In this document: in pieces, positions 50,164-63,289 of the stretch
How the letters are laid out: each line of letters starts with the position of its first letter
How positions within the stretch are numbered: position 1 is the first letter of the stretch
DNA from: Felis catus
Lineage: Eukaryota
Assembly: GCF_018350175.1 (NCBI RefSeq)
Contig: NC_058368.1
Coordinates: 806,001-870,000 of the forward strand
Length of the DNA: 64,000 nt
Reading direction: 5' to 3'
The notes under the pieces: model-generated
What the model was told of the DNA's origin: nothing
What the model saw: only the letters and a program-made list of their open reading frames with translations
Database searches by the model: none
Translations under genes and position numbers: made by a program

Positions 50164-51371
50164 CTACGCAAAACAATCTATACTTAGAGCTGTCCTATCT
50201 TAGTTTAGTAAACATTAAAAATTTAACAATACTTATGCAAACTATATAGCAAGACTATTACCAAAATCATTTTCCTTCTTCGAGAATGGATGCTCAATTA
50301 TCTACTCTGTAACAGTGCATTACCTACACTATAGAATTTTCATCCCCAAATCAAATGTACACAAAACAAGTGAAACAACTATTAATTATTTCAGGATATC
50401 TGCGACTGTCAAAGCTTGAAAGATTTTTTTAAAAAATGAGTGTTACTTGCTATAGTCTGCTTTTTAACCAACTACTCCCTTACAATGGTGACTATACTCT
50501 ACCAGTTTAAATTAACAGCAAAGGATTAGCACTTTGGAAACTACGAATAAATATATAAAGTTCACTAAAACTAACCTCTTGACTTTTATGTAAATTACTG
50601 AATATATCCCAAAACTATAGGAGGTACTGTTTTTTTAACTTTATGTAGAAATAGGCAATCTAAACAAAAAAACAAAAAAAAAAGGCTCATCATGACAAAG
50701 CTTATTTTTAAAAAGCAACTGTAACCAAATATAAATATTAACAGCTATTTGAATTTTTTTGACATGCTAAAATTCTGGAAATGGGGACAACTAGATATAC
50801 TTCAAATTTTTTCATTAAAAAGATATCCACCTGGCCTCATGTTAATTGCAATAGTGGCTGAGCTGTAACACTATATTTATAATGGCTTCAAATACAACAT
50901 TTTTAGGTATCTACTTTGAATTTTGTTATTTTTAAAGTACTCATACGTTTTTTCATCAAAAATTCGTAACAAAGACTGACTCTAACTTAAGAGTTTTCTT
51001 CTAGTATTTCGTTTGATAGGTCAATTTTATGTCACTCAGAATTCAATTTCTCAAAATCACAATGTAAGCAGAGTTGACATTTTCATTCAAACCCACAACT
51101 CTACACAGTATCTTAATGCAGCTGAATTCTACAGATGACTGAGCCTAGGGAGCAGCTGTGAGAAAAAATTCTTACTCCCTACCAGTCCCTGGCAATATAT
51201 GCTACTGACTCTTTCTCAACTCAATCCCCAGGAACCCAGCCACTGCATAGGGAAGATTATTTCCTTAATCCCAAAATGTTCCTGATGATAAATCTACACT
51301 ACCTATCCAAGAATATTTCTATTCCCTCAGCAGAGCAATAAATAAAAATTTTTACGAGAATCCCACATCTT

Positions 51372-51600
51372 GGGCCACCTGGGTGGCTCAGTCAGTTAAG
51401 CGTCCACTTCAGCTCAGGTCATGATCTCACAGTCTGAGTTTGAGCCCCGCGTCGGGCTCTGTGCTGACAGCTCAGAGCCTGGAGCCTGCTTCGGATTCTG
51501 TGTCCCCCTCTCTCTCTGCCCCTCTCCCCCCTCCCCCACTCTCTGTCTCTGAAAAATGAATAAACCTTAAAAAAATTTTTAATAAAATAAAATTTAATTT
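51372..51600 (+). mobile_element. CanSINE
   Basis: GGGCCACCTGGGTGGCTCAG head, AT-rich tail. Confidence 0.92.
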
Positions 51601-53726
51601 AAAAAAATATTTCCACAACATCTCTCACATGGAAATGAGGAAGAATGGAGACATTATCTGTAAGGAATCTTAACTTTCCCTAAAAGAACACATCAAGGGT
51701 TAGGTTTACTTCTCTTTTTAATAAAATGTTAACTGTTATAAGATTCAAATATAGCTATACAACTATAGGTACAATAAAAAAATCAAAAATAACATTTTCA
51801 ACTATCAATAATTAGAGTATTATTTCTAGTAATTAAGCTTTCTATCACACAGCTATATTAAACTAAATTTAAAGATCTAAGAAATGTTAGAATTATCTGG
51901 TCGCCTGAAAAGCAGTTTTATAATCTGTGATTTCCTTGGTAGATAAACTGGTGATACACCAGAAAGTCTATTTCCACATTCCATCAACGTAACTTGATAG
52001 GACATGACAATTTACTGATTTGACAGTGACATTCAACTGAATGATAAGGACTCATAATAAAGTCTCAGATTGAATAAAATGTAAAAAGGAAGAAATTAAA
52101 TGGACTAGATTTTAGGAGAGTTGAGAAAGTGATCAATTGTAATATGGTTCTCTGGTAAAATACAATGCCCTAAAAATTTTTAATTCTCTTAAATTCTTAA
52201 TAAGGAATCTAAAAGTATATTCTCATTATTCTTCTGATAAAGTTGCTAATCAAGCAGTCAGAATGTTTTCAAGGCCTCTGCACATCAGAAATAATTCATT
52301 TGTTTCTGATGTTCACAGCAATCTAATAATTATAATGGTATTTCAAGGTACCTACAATCCATAACCTCACACTTACAACTCTTAAAAGCACCTGGATTAT
52401 ATTACACACCTTCTATGGTTTACTTTGAAAAAGACTTAAAATTGAACTTCTTGTACATTACTATATATTCAACTGTGCCTCTAGAATTTATGTACTAGAA
52501 CGAAGCCTGAAGAACTTCTGTATTCTTTGTTCACTAATTATTTCATGTTTCCATCGCAACTAACATCACAATTAAGATCTTTATGAGTAAGGGCCATGTT
52601 TCATGCTTCCTTTGTATACCAGAAATGCTAAGGAACTTTTTCCTGGCAGGTAAGAAAAGTGACCAAGTAAACAGCAATAAACAATTTTAGATGATCTGAC
52701 TACAAGCAGCAAAGAAACAGGCATGAGAAGTAGGGGGAAAAGGTTGATCACAGAAAAAGCTAATTCCAGATATTAGATGCTTTAAGGTTTTTTTACTCTC
52801 TACACCACATATTCTAAGTACAATCAGGACTTTCTCAGTGGGTGTATATATTATGCATATTAGAATGCTACAGTAATTAATCTTCACATTATGTTATGTA
52901 AAGACTTAAATTTCATGACAGCTTCTATGGGACAATATGAAATGAATATATAAAAAGTTTATCTAACTTTTAAGTGTATAACATTTCAAACTTAAAAAGA
53001 CCTACAAAAACATCCCACACTTATTTTCCCTTCACCTTGTTCACTTGATACAGTATCCCTCACTAGTAGAGATGTTAATGTAGGCACTTTCATAAAACCT
53101 TTACATCAACCCTAAAGTTATGCATTAGCCTAGATGTGGAAGACACATCTCATTTCCTTGACATGTCACAGATGCCTCCAAACAATGTACTTCTGTGCAC
53201 AATACGTTAGGTTACGGCAAAATAAGTTAAACATTCAGTAAAATGAATAAAAAATAACTCCAAAGTTACACAAAAGGTTACCTTACCAATAGAAATTTAT
53301 AAAATACTCTCAAAAAGTTTAAAGACACTACAAAGTCAGGAACTATCAATTTCTAAGGTAAAAAAGCCAATTTGAAAGCATGAAGTTTGATTTTTTAAAA
53401 ATGCAACAACATAGCTGCATTACACCATGCAATGACTGAACAAGTTTCAGGTTGTATCAAAACCTGGTTACAGGTTTCTTTCATTAAATCTATTAAAATA
53501 TAATATACCCTTAGCCGTCAAGTAAACAAAATGAAAATGGTGTTTTTAGGTACACTGTTTTTAATGTACTTCTATTTTTTTCAACTTACTAAATATATGA
53601 GATTTCACTGTTACAAATGTTGGTTCCAAATTTTAGACTGTTACTGATATGTAGATACCACAAACAGCACGTACAGTTCCCCCAAAGAATTACAAGTTAC
53701 AGAAGACTTTTGCTTCAGATCCCTAC

Positions 53727-53784
53727 CTCCCATGTTTATTGCTCCACGGGGACCCATATCACCCATTCTCATTTCCTGTTCTCT
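53727..53784 (-). CDS. PSPC1: PSPC1 coding exon: REQEMRMGDMGPRGAINMG(D)
   Basis: Minus-strand CTTACTTACAG acceptor; GAG|GTAGGG donor; 58 nt, phase 0-1. Peptide recognised as the start of the PSPC1 C-terminal low-complexity region. Confidence 0.96.
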
Positions 53785-55626
53785 CTGTAAGTAAGCATAG
53801 TTGTCACAGTCAACCTATCGATCTTATGACTTTACATTTCCCATCTAAAATCAGAAAGAAAAGAATAAATTGGGACATCACTTTCCATTAAAAAAAAATT
53901 AAAATTTTCCAACATCACTTACTTAATAAACCTGAAAAGAACTTCGGTCTCCCAGGTTCGATATGCCACAGTGCTTAGAGCATTCAGTTTATACTGCTAG
54001 ATTATACTGTCAGATTACATAAAATCTACCACAGATATTTTTAATGTTCTTAGTTCAACAGATCAATGGCTAGATTCCAAAAAAGAAAAATCTAGCATTA
54101 ATAACCACCAGGACCCACTATTTCACTGAAGTCTTAAAACAGAAATGACCGTTAATCCTTTTATATGCAAATGTTTTCAAACATCCAACACAAACAGCTG
54201 TGGGCACTAAGCTTAAAATAAAGTTATAGACAATTTTCATTTTAGAAATACTGTAATACACACTTGAGTTTTTATTCAAATATCCAACCATCGTTTTACC
54301 CAAGATATGACCTATACAGGCCATGAAAGTCTCCCAGCACACAATTATTAAAAATTCAACATAGCACTGCTTCCTTTATTTGGAAATCTAAATAAAAGTG
54401 TTATTACACAGTGGCCAAATTCTGAAACAAAATGCTAAGGTTAATAGTGATACAAAGGTCATGCAAATTACAAAATGTTTTAAATTTCAGTAAAATTCAA
54501 CTGCTTCTAAAAAACTTCATTTACTACCAGTAGTTACATAGAAGTAACTTCAATGAAATCTCTAGGTGAAATTACTCAACATACTGTGATGGAAATTTGC
54601 ACTATTATTTAATGATCTTTTCAATTATCAAATCAGTGTTAAATGTAGCAATCATAAAACACATTCTGAGACAACTGTAGCAATGTCTAAATCTTTAAAA
54701 AGCACCCTTTTTCTACTTTTAAAAGCAATTTTATTAAAATGTGCTTAAAATTCCACTTAGTAATACAAAATACCAGTGAAAGCACCTATAAAACCTAGAA
54801 ATAAAGAAAAGCTTACGGTAGACAAATGCCATTAAGCAGCAAATCAACTGCCCAGATGTAACCTAATAGGTATGTCTCAAGACGTAACTTTGAATGAAAC
54901 TGTTACAAGGAAAACATCACACAGCATCATAAAGAAATGTTTTATCAAGTTATTTAGAAAATGGAAATCCCAAATCTTTCTTTACACTGTTTTTTTTTTA
55001 AACTTTACAAAAAACAAATTTGTCTCTTCTCATAAAACTTTTGGCTAGTGACGGACACCACTGACTAGCAAAAGAGCTAGACTATTTTATAGAATGGATT
55101 TCTGATGAAGTCATATGGAAAATACTATTTTATGATCACATATAATACTATCATCAATAAATCAAACCAAGTTGTCATTTCCTCATCACTAAAACCTGAT
55201 AAAATGTGGACTGCTTCAGCATATCCAAACTATTCCAGGTATTAGTTATAGCAGATTCCTGTTACTGAAAAGCTGGTCCATTTCAGCACCACAGTAAAAT
55301 ACATGGATTTTTTTTTTTTTTGATCATGACATTTTTGGGGAATAAGGGATTAATAATTTGTATTTTTACTTTTGGATTTGCCTTAACTATTAAAGATGAG
55401 AAATGTAGCATCTAGCCACTAACATGGTAATTATGACAGTCTTACTGTTTGATTTCAAATCTCCCTTATAAATTCTGACATGCTAACTGGTGCCTGTGAT
55501 TCACTGGTGGGGGCAAGGAGGGAGACAACTTTTTTACTATCTCCTTACAATTCCAGCTTTACCTATCACTTTCCAAAGTAACGTTTAGCTTTATTATTCA
55601 CAAAGTACTTTTAAAAAATTGTTCTC

Positions 55627-56018
55627 GGGGCGCCTGGGTGGCACAGTCGGTTAAGCGTCCGACTTCAGCCAGGTCACGATCTCGTGGTCCGTGGGTTCGA
55701 GCCCCGCGTCGGGCTCTGGGCTGATGGCTCAGAGCCTGGAGCCTGTTTCTGATTCTGTGTTTCCCTCTCTCTCTGCCCCTCCCCCGTTCATGCTCTGTCT
55801 CTCTCTGTCCCAAAAATAAACGTTGAAAAAAAAAATTTTTTTAATTGTTCTTAAATTATTCTATTCCATTTCCTTCATTAGCAGAATTCTGGAGAGACTA
55901 TAGGTTTTCAAAAAAGCTTTTATTAATTAAGTATTCTCCACACCCAGTGTGGGGCTCAAACTCATTACCTCAAGATCAAGAGTCACATGCTCTACTGACT
56001 GAGTTACCCAGGTGCCCC
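55627..56018. mobile_element. Young SINEC_Fc-type copy 55627-55840 (+) and short CanSINE 55915-56018 (-)
   Basis: Near identical to the 28387 copy; AATTGTTCT on both flanks. Confidence 0.92.
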
Positions 56019-56699
56019 TAGATTTATGATTTTAAGTCAATTATTCAACAGTGGCCATAACATTCCCTTTCTGATGCTCTATTAGAAACTGATTCCAGTT
56101 CTATAATATCTTTCTTTAAATGAGATAATCAGAATGTCTTATGATAATCCATGCTAATGTAGCCTGTCACTATGCTAAAACACCAATATATATATTATAG
56201 CATTTTCCACTAAACATACATATATTCCATACTTAGTATTGTTGACATTTCCTTAAAGAAAAGTACCAAGTACTATTTTATACAGCTCCACATGTAAGAC
56301 TAAGAAAATGAGATGGTATAATTAGATGACAGATTATTTTTTAGCTATTTTAGAAAGAGCAAAAGAACTTTTCAGCTTCCTATAAGGTCATGTCTTAAGG
56401 TTACTGTTATTTTCTAAAAATTCACTGCTACTTATTTCTAGTAAAATGCAAGTCACATTATATTTAAGGGTAGGTTAAACAATGAAAATTAAGACAATAC
56501 TTCTCATTATAACTTGATTTATAAAATATCAGTGAGAAACACTTGAAATTCACTGTAACTATGTACCCATCCAAAAAGCAATACACAAGACCTTCACTTC
56601 CATGAATTCTAATATTTGAAGTTAGAACTGGCACATAATATAAACCAAATTTTGAAAGACTGCACTGTAACAAGATAATAAAGCTATGATAAAAATTTG

Positions 56700-56870
56700 G
56701 TTTAATTAATTCAATTACTCTTCATAGCAACCCTGTAAGATAGGTCTACTGTTATCTGATTTTAAAGATCATAAAACTAAGGCACAGCACTGTCAAATAA
56801 CTTACTCAAGTTTGAACTGACCTATGAAATTCTGCCAAAATAGAGTTCATAAAGTTTTCACCTTCACAAA
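56700..56870 (-). mobile_element. MIR
   Basis: CTTCATAGCAACCCTGTAAGATAGG..TTTTAAAGATCATAAAACTAAGGCACAG. Confidence 0.7.
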
Positions 56871-56966
56871 GCACCTTCATTTTTTTTTTTTTCAAGGATT
56901 CCAACAAAGACTAAAAAAGGGAAGGTTCTTAATTTATTCTATGTTCATAAGAAGTTGTGCCTTTCT

Positions 56967-57130
56967 GGGGCACCTGGGTGGCTCAGTTGTTGAGCGTCTG
57001 TTTAGCTCGGGTCATGATCTCGTGGTTCATGAGTTCGAGCCCTACATACGGCTCTGTGCTGACAGCTCAGAGCCTGGAGCCTGCTTTGGATTCTGTGTCA
57101 CCCTCTCTCTCTGCCCCTCCCCCACTCATA

Positions 57131-57161
<31 letters not shown>

Positions 57162-57190
57162 AAAAATAAACATTAAAATTTTAAAAAGAC
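56967..57190 (+). mobile_element. CanSINE
   Basis: Canonical head, (CT)n region, tail. Confidence 0.92.
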
Positions 57191-57325
57191 ATTATTTTTT
57201 TTTAATTGTATGTATGTATTCCTGAGCCTGTCACTGAACTATGCTTATATTCACAGGTGACCAAAAAAGTAAGCAAAATATGACTAATTTCCAGAACCAC
57301 GAATCAAAGCAGCATTCCATTAAAA

Positions 57326-59025
57326 CAGTGGATTCTCAAAGTGTGGTTGATGTGAGTACTGAGTCCGCAAGACTTTTTCAGGAAGCACACAAATTCAAAA
57401 CTTTTCATGTCTTACTAAACACTAGAACATACATGCTAACTTGAATATAAATTAAAAAATTAAAATATATAATAAAAAATAATAAAAAAAATAAACACTA
57501 GAACATGGATATAAGACTATGATCTAGTTGGGCTTTTCAGTCTATCAACTATTGTGTGGATGATGCAAAAGCAATGACAGGCAAAAATGTTGAGATTTTA
57601 GCACAAATCAAGGCACTTCCATTCAATTTTTACTAGTAACTATCATTGTATTCTTCACACACAAACTGCAGTTTTAAATTTTCAACTATGAGTACCTAGA
57701 TGAAGCAGTTAAAATGAGTATTAAACCACCACATGCCTTTTTAATAATCTATGTAACAAGATACATACATAAACATTTCTGCTTGCATTCTGAAATAGGG
57801 TGGTTCTTCAAGAAAAACCATTCTTATGACTGGGTTGCAAACTGAACAAGATGTCATCTGACAAACTATGGTTACTGACTTGTATACAGGTATTCCTTGC
57901 TTTTTGAAAGTGTGCATGCATTACACCACTTAGCTTTTATAAGACACCTACATTTGTAGTGTTTTTGCTAACCAAACAGCACCCAAAGATTTTCACTTTT
58001 ATGGAAAAAAGGCAAAAAGTAAAAATAAAGTTCAGTGTGTTTTGCAGCAAGCAATTTCAGAGGCAGCACAAACCTAGAGCAGCAAGACTGGCATGGCCAA
58101 GCTCTTTCTTTCCCTGGGAACTAAACTCAACATCTCAACACCAAGCTGCCTGTATCTGTGAACATCTGTGCTCTAACTTGACTTATTCTGTGCATCAGCT
58201 ACCAAGATGTCTCCTAAGGTTTCAGAGAAGCCTAAGGGGTTATTTTTTGGGCCTGGAAACCCTCAAAACATTTTTCATATAAATATTAATGGTAACTATT
58301 TCTTCATTTTATGCCATTTTGGCTTACAAAAGGTATCACAGGAATGCTATACTTTTGGACAGTGTTTGGTACACATTTTCTGATAAGATCAGTGGTTGAT
58401 ATTTTAAAAATGTGACTTGTTTTTTATTTTGTATAATAAAATACATTAAAATATGAAAGATTTGCATAACTCAATAGGTCAATATTTTTATAATGTTTGG
58501 TATATGACATTACAAAATCATGCATTGATAAAAGATCCATTCAAAGTTTAAGGCAGCCCAACGGATTGTAATACAATGAAAACTGTCAAGTTTCACTGTA
58601 ATATTAAACAAAAATATCCACAATTATCTGTAAATGTTAAAATATGCTCATCTCTATTTACTAATTTATCTAAGTGAAGCCAGATTTTCTTCATGCACTT
58701 CAACCAGAAGAGCATTTTGCAACAGATGGAATGCAAAAGCAAATATGGGAATCCAGCCATTTCCTATAAAGCCAAACATTGAATAAATTTATAAAAGAGT
58801 AAAACAATACCACTCTTCCCACTACATTAAAGTGGAACTTCAAAAAGATCTGCAAAAATATAATATAAGGTGACTGTTCCCACTACAACCCATTTTCTTT
58901 CAAGTTTCGCTCTTAATTTCTAATATGGTAAACACTGACATAACCTAAACAAAAGCTCTTAGGGGTCTTCAATAATTTTTAATAGTGTAGAAAGATATCA
59001 AAACCAAAGAGATTAAGAACCATTG
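57326..59025 (+). mobile_element. Charlie1-type hAT DNA transposon fossil with nested insertions
   Basis: Left end CAGTGGATTCTCAAAGTGTGG; right end AAAAGCTCTTAGGGGTCTTCAATAATTTTT..AAGAACCATTG. Confidence 0.8.
57885..58362 (+). mobile_element. Tigger-like non-autonomous TcMar element nested in the Charlie1 fossil
   Basis: TA|CAGGTATTCCTTGCTTTTTGAAAG start, typical of a Tigger-class terminal inverted repeat; exact family not identified. Confidence 0.55.
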
Positions 59026-60254
59026 CTTCTAAGTTCCGGTCAGTATTTGCTCATGAAAATTTAAGCAGCAGAAAATCTGCACCAATGTAAACTAAACATT
59101 ATTTTATGTAAAATAGGATCTTTTCCTTTAATACTTAACACTCAGGATACCAACCTGTGAATTTAAAGATCTTGTAGTTTACTTTTTTTAGATAACCAAA
59201 TTTAAAGAATTCACACAATACAAAAATAAGGCTAAAATAAATTATACTATATGCCTAAGGTTTAGAAAAGTGAGCTACAGAAATGACAACATAGTATCAA
59301 CTGACACAACACTTTGCAATGAGTTGATAGAATATATTCATCTAACACTCATTAATCTAAATCCTTGTTAGAATGACAAGGATTATTATTCTTTAATCTG
59401 TAAACATCTTTCATGTACATTTCTGAAGAAACTTCTAGGGATTGACAAGGGATCACCATGTACCATTTAGGTTCAATGTCTTAATAGAGAAAATGCTAAA
59501 ATTCTTGATGTAAAAATACTGATACAGAACATTTAAATCTACTAAATGATATATAATTTTAGAGAAGATTCTAAGTTCTGGGAAATAACAAGATTCGGCC
59601 TTTTTATCATTAAACATTCCTAAATATAAATTACATTTAGCACTCAGAAATCTATCTTTTCCCTCACTGGAGAAGTTTACACAAAAGAATAATATTATTA
59701 GATATCTAGTTAAACTTTTAAGGAGAAATAAACAAACTATTAGTATCTGAAATTTTCACTATATAACAAACACAACATATCTGGAAAAAAAAACTGGAAT
59801 AAAAATCAATTACGTGAAATATTAATAGGTATAAAGAAAAATTACAAAAATAACCACTAGGTATCTTTGCCAAGAAATTATTCACTCCTTTAAAAAGTGT
59901 TACAATACTGTTAAAATAAAAATAATTTTAAACTAAAAAGGGAAGTAAGACATGTTTCCACTGATATAAATAACAGCATGCAAACTTTCCAACATAACCA
60001 ACAGAGAATGCTTGGAAGACTTAAAATTTCTACTTCAAGTAATTAAAAACAAGAATTTCCCAGACATACTACTTACTCACTACTAGAAAGAGAAGGGGGG
60101 ATGTTTTTAAGTAACATGAGACAGTCTTTCAATAAATACAATTTATGGTGATTTTTTTACCCTCAATTTGAATACATGCATTCCATGATATCTGCACCCC
60201 TGAATACTGGAGAAATGTTCTTCAGTTATGTGGTTGTTAAGATGATATTTTTAC

Positions 60255-61093
60255 ATCATATATCATTAGGGAATTGCAAATTAAGACAACAGTGAGATAC
60301 CACATCAATCAGAATGGCCAAAATCCTAAACACTGACAACACAAAGCATGACAAGGATGTAGAGAAATAGGAATTCTCATGCATTGCTGATAGGGATTAT
60401 AAATGGCATGTTTACTTTTCTAGAAGACAATTTAACAGTTTCTTACAAAACTAAACATACATACATACAATCCAGCAACCACACACCTTGATATTTACAC
60501 AAAGATGAAAACTTATGACCGCACAAAAACCTGCACATGGATGTTAATAGCAACTAAATTTAGTCATAATTGCAAAAACTTGGAAGCAACCAACATGTCC
60601 TTATTAGGTGAATGGATCAACAAACTGCGGTAGCTCCAGACAATGAAACATTACTTGGCACTGAAAATAAACAAGCTATTAAGCCATGAAAAGACACAGA
60701 GTAACCTAAAATGCCATTACCAAAAAAACAATATGAAAAGTCTATATATTACAATTCCAACTATATGACATTCTGAAAAAGTCAAAACTATAAAGCCAGT
60801 AACAAAATCAGTGCTTGCCCAAGATAAGGAAGGAGGGAGGGATGAACAGGCAGAGGACAGAGGATTTTTAGGGCAGTGAAACTATCCTGTATAGTGTTAA
60901 CAATGGGTACAGGTCATATTTGCCAAAGGCCACAGACTGTGCAACACCAAGAGTGAACCCTATGGTCTTTGGGTGATGAGGATGTGTCAATTTGATAGTG
61001 AAGGAGTCGGTAAGTTAGGGGAAGGAGGTATATGGAAAATCTATCTTCGGCTCAATTCTGCTATGAATTTAAAACTGCTCTAAAAAATAGTCT
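60255..61093 (+). mobile_element. L1MC-type ORF2 end and 3' UTR
   Basis: CATTAGGGAATTGCAAATTAAGACAACAGTGAGATACCAC ... AAAACTGCTCTAAAAAATAGTCT. Confidence 0.85.
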
Positions 61094-61199
61094 CTCCTAA
61101 AAAAAATAAAAACTAAAATAAAATAAAATAAATTAAAATACAATAAAATAAAATACAATTAATTAATTAATTAATTAATTAATTAAAAATAGTCTCTTA

Positions 61200-61390
61200 G
61201 AGGCACCTGGGTGACTTAGTCAGCTAAGCATCGACTCTTGATTTCAGCTCAGGTCATGATTTCACGATTCAAAGGATGGAGCCCTGCATCAGGCTCTGTA
61301 CTGAAGTGCAGAGCCTGCTTGGGATTCTCTCTTTCCCTCTGCCTCTCTCCCCAACTCGTTCTCTCTAAATAAATATTTAAAAACTAATAA
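61200..61390 (+). mobile_element. CanSINE
   Basis: GGCACCTGGGTGACTTAGTCAG head. Confidence 0.88.
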
Positions 61391-63289
61391 AATAAAAACT
61401 ATTAAAAAATTTTAATGTTTCTTTTTGAATAATCAATTCTATATATAAATTGATACTACAAATTTTAGTCATGAAATAAAACTTTGTTACTTGTTAAATT
61501 TCAAATCAGAAATAAAATGAAACAACAAATACAAAAAGGGGGGCTTACTCTTAGCTCACTGCATTTGTTAACCTCAAAACATACCTCTGAATCTAAATTC
61601 ATTCAATGTATTTTTAAAGCCTGGTTCAGGAATCTTAAAAGATTATTCTGGTGCCACCTGTCAAATTCAAAACTTAATTGCTGCTTTTTAATAAATAGAG
61701 TGATTTTCTAACTGAAGATTAATTAAATCTAATTACAAATAATCCACCATATATCAAAAGACAGAAGAGAATAAACTTATATTTAAACAAATTTATATTC
61801 CGCTGAGAAGAGTTTTAATCACATATCCAAGGGATACTTTCAAAATTATCATTATCATCATCTTTTTTCACTTGTCATAGCAAACTCTAAAGACAGGCTT
61901 TTAAAGACTGAAACTGATTAGGAATATCTATTCTTCAAATTTAGTTATTTTATCCTAAACTCTTAAAGAAATCATCCATGACGGTATCAGCTACAACACA
62001 AACACAGTATTTTTAGTACTACCCTATTAAAGCTCACATAATACTGGTAATTGGTTTGCAACTCTTCACTCATAACCTCCTAACCAGTACATTTCCTTAT
62101 CAAAGTCAAAACAACTAACGTGACTGGCCAGACCAAGGTATGAAAGATGAAACAAAAGAACAAATATAAACTGTACAAGAAGCAATTCCAAACTGGTCCC
62201 ATCAACAGAAAAAAGCAGTGAAAGGTGCAAACAAAGCACAAGTGTTCCAATGTATAAAGAATTAAGTATATATTTAATGGGGAATCTTTGTGTGATGCTA
62301 GGTATTAAACAAATTATCTTAGTAGTTAGTACACCATAAGCTATGAAATTTTAACAAATTACATAGTTTTCTTAAGTAGACAACTCAAAACAACAGGTTC
62401 AATTATAGTAATTTTAAAAATATTTAAGTGGTAACTAAATAAAATTCGGGTATTTAAAACACAAATTTATAAGAAAAACTACTATTATAAGCATATCAAT
62501 TGTTTAAAAGAAAATTTAGGAAAACCAGTAACAGGACAAATGAAGAAGTTACCTTCTGAGAAACATGGTAAATTTACAACCAGAAAACAGGTTTAGAAAC
62601 GTGGTATACAATATAGTGCAGGATATCATAAGGCAAAGTACAGGCAAACTTACCCATATACTTTTCAATTACTTGATATTTTAAACAGAAATAAATGCAT
62701 TTCATCAGCAGAGAATGCTCACAAACCCAAGTTTCCTGCCACTAACAGTTAGATAATAACTATCCATAGACATTCACATTTATTTAGTCTAAATTGTTAT
62801 AAAACTCTGATATTTCAGGTGACACGACAGAACTTCATGTCCTCAATATAAAGTAAAGAAGATACTAGATTGAGACTACCTAAAAAAAAAAAAAACTTTT
62901 TTTAATCACCTTGTAGAACTTAAAGGGGAGTTTCTAAGTATTCCATTAAGAAGTCACAAAGCAGAAATAACAAGCTAAATTTTTATGTCTTCATAGAATC
63001 TTTTTAATTCAAATTATTTAATATGTAAAAATTCTTACTAGTTTTATTATACATATTTGACATCTCAAAAGTGTTTACTTTAGTTAAACACCTCTATTTA
63101 CCAATCTTGACTTTCCTCTTCTCCAACCCCTCAAAAAAAGGTAAACATTAAGCTAAAAGTCTTACCATTCTGAACCAAGTACGATTCAAAGAACTTACCA
63201 TTTCAAAGGAAAAGACATGAGGTATACCTACAACACAGTGGAATAATAAACCAATCATATCAGTTTAAAAGAAAAAAAAAAAACACTCA

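Noticed and set aside
49901..50249. Plus-strand ORFs overlapping a PSPC1 exon
   Set aside because: Antisense shadows of the Gly/Pro/Met-rich coding exon.
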